Part shown: positions 1 to 11,340 of the stretch, in pieces | How positions within the stretch are numbered: position 1 is the stretch's first letter | Layout of the letters: each line of letters begins with the position of its first letter | Source of the DNA: Malacoraja senta | Taxonomy: Eukaryota | Length of the DNA: 64,000 nt | Direction of reading: 5' to 3' | Assembly (NCBI GenBank): GCA_038087875.1 | Contig: JAXLNO010000110.1 | Span: forward strand, 744,001 to 808,000 | Notes under the pieces: generated by a model | The model's input: the letters and a program-made list of their open reading frames with translations, nothing else | Database searches by the model: none | What the model was told of the DNA's origin: nothing | Made by a program: the position numbers and the translations under genes

Positions 1-900
1 TTGAGGGGGGATCTTATAGAAATTTACAAAATTCTTAAGGGGTTGGACAGGCTAGATGCAGGAAGATTGTTCCCGATGTTGGGGAAGTCCAGGACAAGGT
101 GGAATTCTCTGGCACAGAAGGTAGTTGAGGCCAGTTCATTGGCTATATTTAAGAAGGAGTTGGATGTGGCCCTTGTGGCTAAAGGGATCAGGGGGTATGG
201 AGAGAAGGCAGGTACAGGATACTGATTTGGATGATCAGCCATGATCATATTGAATGGTGGAGCAGGCTCGAAGGGCCGAATGGCCTACTCCTGCACCTAT
301 TTTCTATGTTTGTATGACAGGCTAGACGCAGGAAAAATGTTCCCGATGTTGGGGGAGTCCAGAACCAGGGGTCACAGTGTAAGAATAGGGTATGCCATTT
401 AGAACGGAGATGAGGAAACACTTTTTCACACAGAGAGTTGTGAATCTGTGGAATTCTCTGCCACAGAAGGCAATGGAGGCCAAGTCATTGGACGTTTTCA
501 AGAGAGAGTCAAGGGCCTGTCCCACTTGCCGATTTTTTTCGGCGACTGCCTGCGTCATTGACTGACCTATCAGGGTCGCCTAAAGAATTTGAACATTTCA
601 AAACCCAGCGGCGACAAAAGAAATGTTGCGACCCTTGAGGAAACACCGCGCGTCAATACGTTGTCACCGCGACTTTTTCGGTGACCTGATATGTCAGTCA
701 ATGATGCCAACAGTCGCCGAAAAAATCGGCAAGTGGGACAGGCCATTTAGATTTAGCTCTTGGAGCTATCTGAACCAAGGGTTATGGGGAGAAACTGGAA
801 CGGGGTACTGGTTTTAGATGATCAGTCATGATCATATTGAATATCAGTGCTGGCACAAAGGGCCGAATGGCCTACTCCTGCACCTATTTTCTATGGTTCT
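1..900 (+). mobile_element. Two tandem CR1/HER1 3' ends
   Basis: RGDLIEIYKILKG...GIRGYGEKAG followed by the GATCAGCCATGATC 3' UTR hairpin. Confidence 0.9.
512..746. mobile_element. PIF/Harbinger-type MITE inserted in a CR1 3' end
   Basis: TIR AGGGCCTGTCCCACTT...AAGTGGGACAGGCC with TCA/TTA flanks; it splits the CR1 sequence gagagagTTAgatttagc. Confidence 0.88.
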
Positions 901-1214
901 AAACTCTACCGGGGAGAGCAGTTAGCCCTGGTGGTTGTTTCCTGTCGAAAGCGAGATTAGAACCGGGGACCGTCAATTGCAGAGTGAGGTGGGGATAGTT
1001 TTACTCCGGGAGCAGTGAGCGGGTCAGGGCTTTGAGCGGGGAGGGGCGATAGAGGATGGAGTGAAGGAGCAGGCCTTTCAGCCCATCTTGTCCATGCTGA
1101 CCGACCCTGGACCCGAAACGTCACACATTCCTTCTTTCCAGAGGTGCTGCCTGTTGCGCTGAGTTCCTCCAACACTTTGTGTTTGTCTGACCGAGAACAC
1201 GTTCTGTGCTTGTT

Positions 1215-1505
1215 TCGTTTAGTTTAGAGATACAGCGTGGAAACAGGCCCCTCGGCCCACCGTGTCCGCGCCGACCACCGATCCCTGCACACTAACTCTA
1301 TCCTGCACACACTAGGGACAATTTACACCTATACCAAGCCAGTTAACCTACAAATCTGCATGTTTTTGGAGTGTGGGAGGAAACCGAAGCTCCCGGAGAA
1401 AACCTACGCTGGTCACGGGGAGAACAAACAACACCCTGAGTTGGGATTGAACCCGGCTCCCTGGCGCTGTGAGGCAGCAACTCTACCGCTGGGCCTCTGT
1501 GCCGC
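1215..1505 (-). mobile_element. HE1-type SINE
   Basis: Reverse complement of the family seen at 6031-6337. Confidence 0.85.
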
Positions 1506-1882
1506 CCACCTTCCTGTGTTTTGGCCATAACCCCCCTCTAGCCCCTTCCCCATCCATATATAAACTATCCACACAGTCACCTGTTTGTGAAGAATGTCCC
1601 TGTCCTCGTAATTTAACTCACCCTGTACTTTTTCAAAAGCACATAGTGAGTTACGGTCTAGTTATTATTCACGACGCTTCAGCCCGTAGTTTGAGATTGC
1701 ACGTGGACCCAGCACATTTGTTGGTCTGAAGAATGGTGTCGACCTGAAACGTCACCCATTCCTTCTCTCCAGAGATGCTGCGTGTCCTGCTGAGTTACTC
1801 CAGTACTTTGTGTGTCTCTGCAGTTTCTTCCTGTACATTTGCATCCTCTCCTGCACTACCGGGCCAGGCCAGAAGTTGGAGA

Positions 1883-2845
1883 TAATAATAATAATAATAA
1901 TCATTTTATTTACTGGCGCCTTTCTAAAACCCAAGGACACCTTACAATGCATAGAATCACAACAAAACAAAAAAAACACATAATCGGAATAAATTAAATA
2001 AAAAAACACACCACAGTACACAAATCAAGGACAGAATTCAATTTCAAGAGCACCAAAAGAAAATAAGAAACACAATTTGAGGAGAGAGCAGCGGCGACCA
2101 ATTCGCGCCAGCATCCACTCTCCCCTCCGACCGCCATCTTGTACACGGACTGACAGGCACAGGCACAGCACACAAAATCATCCCCCCACAATGACCACCA
2201 CTGTGGGGGAAGGCACAATGTCCAGTCCCCAACCCAGTTCTCCCCAGAGTCAGGCCCAATGAGGCCTCCACAATTGCCTCTACGGAGGCCCGATGTTCCT
2301 GGCCGTCGGGAGAGTCCTCGGAGCGGCTGGAACGGCCGGTTTCCCAGCGGAGTCCGTGGCACCTGAAGCCGACAGGGCCGCGCTGATTTGGAGCCACGAG
2401 GCTCCCGATGTTGGAGTCGGCGCCGCCGCCCGCAGCTGGTCGCTCCGCAGTCCCGCAGCCCGGAGGTGTTGAAGTCGGCGGTCCAGCTCACCGGAGCTCC
2501 CGCGCATCGATCCAGCGCGGCGACCCAGGCAAGGCATCGCCCGCTACGCTCCCCGATAGCGCTCCAGCGCTGTGCCGCCACCGAAGCTGAAGGTGCTGGG
2601 CGGTCCCCGTCAGGAAACGGCGCTCCATGCCTGCTGGTAGGCCACGAGGACGGGTCGACGAGGCAGCCTGGAGAAAAAGCTGCCTCACCGACCAGGTAGG
2701 GACCTAGAAATAATTTCCCCCTTACCCCCCCCACATTAAAAGTCAAAAAACCCCAAACAAACAAAGAAATAAAAAACACTAAAACTAAAGAAACAGTGAA
2801 TTTGACGGACGGCTGCTGTTTAGCAACCGTTCCTCCAAGATGGCG
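1883..2845 (-). mobile_element. Non-coding GC-rich retroposon of about 950 bp with an L2-like (ATT)n tail, copy 1
   Basis: Collinear with the copies at 56220-57208 and 59044-60075; ends GTAAGGTGTCCTTG...AAAGGCGCC..AAATAAAATG(ATT)n on the minus strand. Confidence 0.8.
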
Positions 2846-2923
2846 GCCCACATGCGTTGAGATCATTGAGCCTCCACTGTGTGGAAACCAGCTCCATCAA
2901 TGGTGTCTTGATGGTGACATTAA

Positions 2924-3473
2924 TGGGCCTGTCCCACTTAGGAGATTTTTTTCAGCAACATCAGGTAGCCGAAAAAACGGCGACTGGACCCCCCCCTACG
3001 ACAATGTCTACAACAACCTACCACCTAGTCGACGTCAATCTACGGCTAGCTATTGACAACCGGCGACCCATTAGGACGCCCACTTACGATCGCACCTACG
3101 ATAACCTATGTCCACACATGACAAGGTACGAACCTGTCGGCGACAGCTGAAGACAATTCAGTCGCCGGTACCTGACGTAGGTTGATGTAGGTTGTCGCCA
3201 ATGGAATTAACCGAAGTCAGCTCCGGCGACAACCTACGACAGCACCTACGTCAGGAGAAGTTAAGCTACGCTCATTGGCGTCAAACCCACTGTTGCCGAC
3301 TCGCCGAAAAGTTTTGAACATTTCAAAATCCAGCAGCGACCAGAAAAACGCTACGACTCTTTGGGCGACTGAGGAGACGACTCACGACCATACAGGCGAC
3401 ACCCCGGAGACCATGTGGCAACATCCTAGTCGCCTGTAGTTGCCTAAAAAATCGCCTAAGTGGGACAGGCCCT
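2924..3473. mobile_element. PIF/Harbinger-type MITE
   Basis: TIR GGGCCTGTCCCACTTAGG...CCTAAGTGGGACAGGCCC with a TAA TSD. Confidence 0.9.
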
Positions 3474-4409
3474 TAAGGGTGTCATTTCAAGAGGTCATTG
3501 TTGGAAAGGGTGCAGAAGGGATTCACCAGGACATATTATTTGGGCTGTGTGTAGGAAGGAACTGCAGATGCTGGTTTAAACTGAAGATAGACACAAAATG
3601 CTGGAGTAACTCAGTGGGACAGGCAGCATCTCTGGAGAGAAGGAATGGGTGTTGTTTCGAGTCACCCATTCCTTCTCTCCGGAGATGCTGCCTGTCCCAC
3701 TGAGTTGCTCCAGCATTTTGTGTCTATCGTCAAAAGGATCGTGGTGCCTTTCACTATTCGGTATGTTTCAATGAGCCCCCCCCCCCCCACCCCACTCATC
3801 ACTGTACATAGGTGCATGTGACAATATAGTATCGTTAAATCATATACTGATATACAGCGAAAGACTTTGCGCTCTGTCGAGTCAAATCACGCTATACATG
3901 AGTACAATCAAACCACGCACCACATTTTCCTTGAACTGCCTCCCCTTTGATCTCCCATTTTCACACCTCGCCCCTCCATATCTCTAGTTTCCCTCTCCCC
4001 TGACTCTCAGTCTGAAGAAGGGTCTCGACCCGAAATGTCACCCATTACTTCTCTCCAGAGATGCTGCCTGTCCCCTTGAGTTCCTCCAGCATTTTGTGTC
4101 TATCTTCAGTGTAAACCAGCATCTGCAGTTCCTTCGCCCACGCACAAGTAGAACCGGTAGTTCAAAGAGAAAAATACCAGAGTGTGGAATTATAGTGTCA
4201 CCGCTACAGATATTGGGGTTGCTGCCTCACAGCGCTAGGGACCTGGTTTCAATCCCGACTACTGGAGCTTGTACGTTCTCCCGGTGACCTGCATGGGTTT
4301 TCTCTGGGTGCTCCGGTTTCCTCGCATACTCCAAAGACGTAGAGGTTTGTAGGTGAGTTGGCTTCGGTAAAGCGTGATCGGCGTGAACTCGGTGGGCTGA
4401 AGGGTTTGT

Positions 4410-4755
4410 TTCCAGGGTCTGGTCTGTGTGACGGACTGGGCTAACATCTACAATGGTGGGGAGTGTGGTCTGTGTGATGGACTGGGCCACATCTACAATG
4501 GTGGGGAGTGTGGTCTGTGTGATGGACTGGGCTAACATCTACAATGGTGGGGAGTGTGGTCTGTGTGACGGACTGGGCTACATCTACAATGGTGGGGAGT
4601 GTGGTCTGTGTGACGGACTGGGCTAACATCCACAACTCTGCGAATTCTTGCGCTCTTGGGCAGAACTGTTCCTGAACCGTGCTGTGATGCATCCTCCCAA
4701 TAAGATGCTTTCGCCGGCGCATCTGTAGAAGTTGGTGAGCGTTGTGTCAGACATT
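4410..4755 (-). repeat. Rex1-derived fragment with a tandemly amplified unit of about 50 bp
   Basis: Repeated ACATCTACAATGGTGGGGAGTGTGGTCTGTGTGAYGGACTGGGCT; same family as 34420-34910. Confidence 0.8.
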
Positions 4756-5281
4756 GGGTGCTCCAGTTTCCTCCCACGTCCCAGAGACGTGACCATGCGG
4801 GGTTGTAAGTTAATCGGTCCTCTTTAAATTGCCCCCTTGTGTGTCCAGGGTGGTGAGAAAGTGGGATAACAGAGAGCTAGTGTGAACGGGTGATCGATGG
4901 TCAGTGTGGACTCAATGGGCCGAAGGGCCTGTTTCCATGCTGTATCTCTGAACCAACGTAAAACTAATCCAAACATGCTGAGTTTCCTTGGTCTTCTGAG
5001 GAAGTGGAGACATTGATGTGCCTTCTTGGATTGGTCGGGGCTGTGCAACTCTGAGCCGGGACACCAGGGGGAGCTCTCTCCCACCCTCTGCTCCATGTCC
5101 ACACAGACTGTGGGCCCTGAGAGGGCAATGTAGCCTCAATTCAATGGCTCAATGTGTGGGAAGGAACTGCAGATGCTGGTTTAAATCGAAGGTTGTCACA
5201 AAATGCTGGAGTAACTCAGCGGGACAGGCAGCATATTTGGAGAGAAGGAATGGGTGATGTTTCGGGTTCATCTGTCTGAAG

Positions 5282-5610
5282 AATAATAATAATAATAATG
5301 GATGGGATTTATATAGCGCCTTTCTAATACTCAAGACGCTTTACATCGCATTATTCATTCACTCCTCAGTCACACTCGGTGGTGGTGAGCCACAGCTGCC
5401 CTGGGGCCGACTGACGGAAGCGTGGCTGCTAATCTGCGCCTACGGCCACTCCGACCACCACCAATCACTCACACACATTCACACGCAGGCAAAGGTGGGT
5501 GAAGTGTCTTGCCCAAGGACACAACGACAGTGTGCACTCCAAGCGGGATTCGAACCGGCTACCTTCCGGTTGCCAGCCGAACACTTAGCCCATTGCGCCA
5601 TCTGTCGTCC
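5282..5610 (-). mobile_element. tRNA-derived CORE-type SINE with L2-like (ATT)n tail (AFC-SINE-like)
   Basis: Minus strand: A box TGGCGCAATGG, B box GGTTCGAATCC, GTGTCCTTGGGCAAGACACTTCACCC and tail TGTAAAGCGTCTTGAG...GAAAGGCGCTATATAAAT..(ATT)n. Confidence 0.8.
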
Positions 5611-6030
5611 GATAAGGGTCTCGACCTGAAACGTCACCCATTCCTTCTCTCCAGAGATGCTGCCTGACCCGCTGAGTTACTCCAGCATTTTGTCTCTCAT
5701 CATCAATAGCTCAATGGTTGTCACACATGTAAACACATAGTGAAATTCTTTAGACATTAGAGATACAGCGTGGAATCGGGCCCATTGGCCCACCGAATCC
5801 ACATCGACCAGCGATCCCCGTACACTAGCGCTACCCCCACACACTAGGAACAATGTCCGAAGAAGGGTCGCGACCCCAAACGTCGCCTATTCCCTCGCTC
5901 CATAGATGCTGCTTCACCTGCTGAGTTTCTCCAGCTTTTTAGTCTACCTTCGATTTTTCCAGCATCTGCAGTTCTTCCTTAAAACTAGGGACAATTTACA
6001 ATTTTTACCAAAGCCGAATAACTACACACC

Positions 6031-6337
6031 GACATGGTGGCGCAGCGGTAGAGTTGCTGCCTCAAATCGCCAGAGACCCGGGTTCGATCCTGACTACAGG
6101 TGCTGTCTGTATGGAGTTTGTACGTTCTCCCTGTGACTACGTGGGTCTTTTACCACGTGCTCCGTTTTCCTCGCACACTCCAAAGACGTGCAGGTTTGTG
6201 GGTTAATTGGCTTTGGTAAAATTGTAAATTGTCCCTAGTGTGTGTGTAGGATAGTGCTAGTGTACGGGGATCGCTGGTCGGTGCGGACTTGATGGGCCGA
6301 AGGGCCTGTTTCCGTGCTGTATCTGTACAACTAAAAC
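6031..6337 (+). mobile_element. tRNA-derived SINE (HE1/V-SINE type), representative full copy
   Basis: A box TGGCGCAGCGG, B box GGTTCGATCC, central GTTCTCCC..GTG...GTGGGT domain and LINE-like tail GGGCCGAAGGGCCTGTTTCC. Confidence 0.88.
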
Positions 6338-6739
6338 AAAAAAAGTACAGACCTGTACCTCTTTGGAGTGTGGGGGTAAACCCTTCCACACAGTAGACTA
6401 TTGCCACACCTACACGCAATCTGCGATCAGCAAGTGTACAGAAATACTCCGCTGATCCAGCATGCAAGAGTCGCCAGGTTTTGGCGCCGTTTTCCAAGTC
6501 CAGTTCGCGCTCCAGTTTTAATGAACCGGGGTCTGATCCAGGCGAGCCCCAGGCTTCTGCTGGGCCTCCAGCCGTCCAGCGAACCAGTCGATGATCCAAC
6601 AAACCCTTGTGGATCATCGGGGTGGGGTGGGAGCCTCCTGCAGCTCCTGCGCCCTCGATACCTCCAGGGCGCAGTGGACCCAGTTCCCTCTCCTCTCTTC
6701 CGGCCTCACTCCTCACCCCTCACGTCCCTCTTCACCGAC

Positions 6740-7250
6740 GCCTCTTTACGAAGGCTCCCCTCCTTCGACGTCTGCAGTAACATGTTGCAGAGGTTCTATC
6801 AATCGGTGGTGGCCATTGCCATCTCCTTCACTGCTGTGTGCCGGGGCAGCAGGGCGAAGGCCGCAGATCCCCAATAGAATTAACAAACTCATCAGGAAGG
6901 ATGTTTCAATCCTGGGGGCCGAGTTGGATTCACTGGAGATGGTCTTGGAGGGGAGGATGCTCCTCAAACTGCGGAGCATCCTGGACAATGCAGCTCACCC
7001 ACTCCGTGCCACACTGTCAATCTGAGGAGTGCATTCAGCAACAGACTGGTTCAACCAGGATGCAGCACAGAACACCACAGGAGATCCTTCTTCCCTGTGG
7101 CTATCAAACTATACAACTCCTTCCCCTTCTGTCGTGGGGTAGACTGAGCAACTGACTCCTGTCCACAACCCCCCCCCCTCCCCAATCTCTGCACATCCCC
7201 AATCCTTTCCAATCCTTACTTTAATTTCATGTTTCATGTATTTTGTGTTT
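6740..7250 (+). mobile_element. Rex1/Babar LINE 3' fragment
   Basis: LRRLPSFDVCSNMLQRFYQSVVA...NRINKLIRK...SILDNAAHPL...RRSFFPVAIKLYN. Confidence 0.8.
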
Positions 7251-7254
7251 TATA

Positions 7255-9075
7255 GAACCAGAAAGTAGGTGCAGGAGTAGGCCATTCAGCCCTACGAGCT
7301 AGCAGCACCCTTCAATATGATCACGGTTGATCATCCAAAATCAGTACCCTCTTCCTGCTTTCTCCCCATATCCCTTGATTTCGTTAGCCCTAAGAGCTAA
7401 ATCTAACTCTCTCTTGATTACATCCAGTGAATTGGCCTCCACTGCTTTCTGTGGCAGAGAATTCCACAGATTCACAACTCTCTGGGTGAAAACATTTTTC
7501 CTCATCTCAGTCCTAATTGGCTTATCCCTTGTTCTTAAACTGTGACCCCTGGTTCTGTCCCATCGCTTAAGAATTGTATATGTTTCTTTAAGATCCCCTC
7601 TCATCTTCTAAATTCCAGCAATTCTTCCCAGAACCAGGGGCCACAGTTTAAGAATAAGGGGTAAGCCATTTAGAACGGAGATGAGGAAACACTTTTTCAC
7701 ACAGAGAGTTGTGAGTGTGGAATTCACTGCCTCAGAGGGCGGTGGAGGCCTGTTCTCTGAATACTTTCAAGAGAGATAGATAGGGCTCTTAAAGATAGCG
7801 GAGTCAGGCGATATGGGGAGAAGGCAGGAACGGGGTACTGATTGGGGATGATCAGCCATGATCACATTGAATGGCGGTGCTGGCTCGAAGGGTCGAATGG
7901 CCTACTCCACCTATTGTCTATTGTCTGTTAAATACAAGCCCAGTTGACCCATTCTTTCATCACATGACAGTCCCGCCATCCCGGTGATTAACCTGGTGAA
8001 CTTACGCAAATCTCCTTCAGTAGCAAGAATGTCCTTCCTCAAATTAGGAGACCAAATCTGCACACAATACTCCCAGGTGTGGTCTCACCAGGGCCCTGTA
8101 CAACTGCAGTGAGACCCACAGATTCAAAAACTTTATCTGGGTGATAAAGTTTTTCCTCATCTCAGTGGATCTTCTGACTCTTCCATCGTATCGTATCCGC
8201 CCGGTCTCTGGTCTTCAGAGGAAGAGCAGGGGCCGGCTCGGTGGGTCACCTCTAAAGGCCGCGGCCCCTGGGCCTTGCATTCGGCCACGGGGGAAGCGGC
8301 ACAGCGGCTCCCCCCTTTAGGCTGCGGTCCTGAGCCATTCAAGTGATGGAGCAAGTGCCATCAAAAAGTTTTGGTAAGTCGGGATTTTGCAGGCAAAAGG
8401 TGAGAAAGTATGGGCTGAGGTGAGGATTGTTATTATTATTATTATTAAGCTACCCAGGAATTACTATGATGAGCGTCTGCCGGCACTGGGCCTGTACTCG
8501 CTGGAGTTTTGAAGAATGAGTGGAGACCTCATTGAGAGTTACACAGAACACTTAGGGCTAACGGAATCAAGGGATATGGGGAGAAAGCAGGAATGGGGTA
8601 CTGATTTTGGATGATCAGCCATGATCATTTTGGATGGCGGTGCTGATTCGAAGGGCCGAATGGCCTATCCCTGCACATATTTTCTATGTTTCTATGAAAC
8701 ATACAGAATAGTGAAAGGGTTTGATAGAGTGGATGTGGAGAGGATGTTTCCACTAGTGGGAAAGTCTAGGACTAGAGGTCATAGCCTCAACATTTATAGG
8801 ACATTCTTTTAGGAAGGAGGCGAGGAGAAATTTCTTTAGTCAGAGGATGGTGAATCTGTGGAATTCTTTGCCACAGACGGCTGTGGAGGCCAAGTCAGTG
8901 GATATGGTTTTAAGGCAGAGATAGAGAGATTCGTGATTAGTATGGGTGTCAGGGGTTATGGGGAGAAGGCAGGAGAACGGAGTTAGGAGGGAGAGATAGA
9001 TCAGCCATGATTGAATGTCGTAGACTTGGTGGGCCGAATGGCCTATTTCTACTATTCCTTATGACCTTATGATTA
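7255..9075. mobile_element. Cluster of nested CR1/HER1 3' fragments on both strands
   Basis: Repeated EMRKxFFTQRVVNLWNSLPQ and CR1 3' UTR motifs. Confidence 0.85.
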
Positions 9076-11005
9076 ATACAGTAGGAAGTCTGTGCAGATT
9101 AGCGAGGATTAATGGAATTTGGTGTAGATTATGACTTGGGCAGTAGTTTATCTGGAAGGAAGCTCTAATAGTGTTAAGGACAAAAAATAAGTAACAGAGT
9201 GCTGGAGATACTCAGTGGGTCAGGCAGCATCTGGGACGATGTGGATAGATGTCGTTGCAGGTCGGGACACTTCCTCAAGACTCATTCACTAATACAGTTT
9301 AGTTGAGAAGAGATATTCGAGTATCTCAAGTTCCAGTGGCACAGCGCCAGAGATCCTGACTACCAGTTCGATCCTGACTACAGGTGCTGTCTGTAATGAG
9401 TTTGTACGTTCTCCCCGTGACCTGCGTGGGTTTCTCCGGGAGCTCCGGTTTCCTCCCACACTCCAAGGTCGTATAGGTTTGTACGTTAATTGGCTTGGTA
9501 TAATTCTAAATTATCCCTAGTGTGTGTAAGATAGTGTTAATGCGCGGGGATCGCTGGTCATAGAAATACAGAAACATAGAAAATAGGTGCAGGAGGAGGT
9601 CATTTGGCCCTTCGAGCCTGCACTGCCATTCATTGTGATCATGGCTGATCATCCACAATCAGTAACTCGTTCCTGCCTTCTCCCCATATCCCTTGATTCC
9701 GCTATCCCCTACAACTCTATCTAACTCTCTTTTAAATTCATCCAGTGAATTGGCCTCTACTGCCTTCTGTGGCAGCGAATTCCACAAATTCACATCTCTC
9801 TGGGTGAAAAAGTTTTTTCTCATCTCAGTTTTAAATGGCCTCCCCTTTATTCTTAGAATAAAGTCGGCGCGGACTCGCTGGGCCGAGGGGCCTGTTTCCA
9901 CGTTGTATCTCCAAACTAAACTGCAACATGATCTCCCAACTTCTATACTCAATACTCCTGACAGGTGAAGGCCAATGTACCAAAAGCCTTTTTGACCACC
10001 CCATGCCACTGCCACCCCATCCCTCTGATGCCACTTTCAAGGAACTATGAACCTACACTCCTGGAGTCCACTGTCCAACAATATTCCCCACAGCCCTGCC
10101 ATTCACTGTGTACGTCCTGCCTATGTTAGACTTGCCAAAATCAACATCGCACATTTCTCTGTATTAAATTACATCAACCATTGTTCAGCCCACCCGCCCA
10201 ATCGATCAAGACCCTGATGCAATTTTTGGCATAGGAACAAATAAAAGGTGCAAATATCCTTCAGGTCGAGAAGCATCTGTGGAGAGGAGACATTTTTTGG
10301 GCTGAGCATTGATCCATGGTGAAGGGTCGCATTGCCTTGTGGGAAATGTACTTTCGTCATGTTTGCCTGTGATGCCAGCGCACGGCCTGATGGGAGATGT
10401 AGTTCCGAGCAGTGGCTACCTGTGGGGAAGGTGGGTTGGAAGGAACTGCAGATGCCGGTTTAAACTGAAGACAGACACAAAATGCTGGAGTAACTCAGCG
10501 GGTCATCTCTGGAGAGTTTCGGGTCAAGACCCTTCTTCAGACTGAGAGTCGCGAGAAAGTGGAACAAGAGATATAGACCACACATCGAACAAATTAATGG
10601 TAAACGTAACGATGATCAAGGAAATGTGGAGTCCACAATGCTCTATTGTAGGTTGTGGGATAGGTGATAACAGGTTATACAGACAGAGGAGCTTAGCAGT
10701 AAAACTAGTATGACAACTAGGGTGGGGGAGGGAAGGAGAGAGAGGGGATGCAATGGTTACTTGAAGTTAGAGAAGTGTAAATTGGAGGAGCAGCACCTCA
10801 TCTTTTGCTTTTGTCAGAGTTGAGGCCCCGCGCAAATTGGAGGAACAGCACCTCATATTTTGCTTGGGTAGTTTACATTGACTTCTCTAATTTCAGATAG
10901 CCCTTGCTTTCTCTCTCCCTCCCCTCCCCCTTCCCAGTTATCCCACTAGTCCTACTGTCTCCACCTACTTTCTATCTTTGTCCCGCCCCCTCCCCCGAAA
11001 TCAGT

Positions 11006-11033
11006 CTGAAGAAGGGTCTCGACCCGAAACGTC
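11006..11033 (+). ncRNA. Minimal type-I hammerhead ribozyme core in a Penelope terminal repeat (representative intact copy)
   Basis: CTGAAGA-A-GGGTC-TC-GACCC-GAAAC-GTC contains the CUGANGA and GAAA boxes, stem II, a palindromic ACGT stem III and a GUC cleavage triplet. Confidence 0.7.
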
Positions 11034-11340
11034 ATCCATTCCTTCTCTCCATGGATGCTGCCTCACCCGCTGAGTTACTTCAGCATTTTGCGTCTACCTT
11101 CGATTTTATCCAGCATCTGCAGTTCTTTCTTACACACGGTATGAATATTGATTTCAAATAACCCTTGAATTCCCTCTCTGTCCCTCTACCTTCCAAGTCA
11201 TAGAGTCAGAGGCATAGAGTGATAGTGTGAAAATAGGCCCTTCGGCCCAACTTGCCCATACCGGCCAAGTCCCAACTTCACTACCACCTGCCTGCATTTG
11301 GACCATATCCCACTATACCTGTCCTATCCATGTACCTGTC

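Noticed and set aside
2630..2700. HDV-like ribozyme inside the (ATT)n-tailed element (GTCCTCGTGGC loop-like motif on the minus strand)
   Set aside because: I could not build a consistent P1/P2/P4 topology, and it is not at the element's 5' end.
1994..2866. 290-aa ORF in the (ATT)n-tailed element
   Set aside because: The frame is not preserved in the two other copies; it is a chance ORF in GC-rich sequence.
6031..6100. tRNA gene candidates (A and B boxes)
   Set aside because: They continue into SINE bodies and tails, so they are SINE heads rather than tRNA genes.
8165..8420. Possible exon of a neighbouring gene (unique GC-rich segment ending in GTAAGT)
   Set aside because: No recognisable protein in any frame and no clear acceptor.
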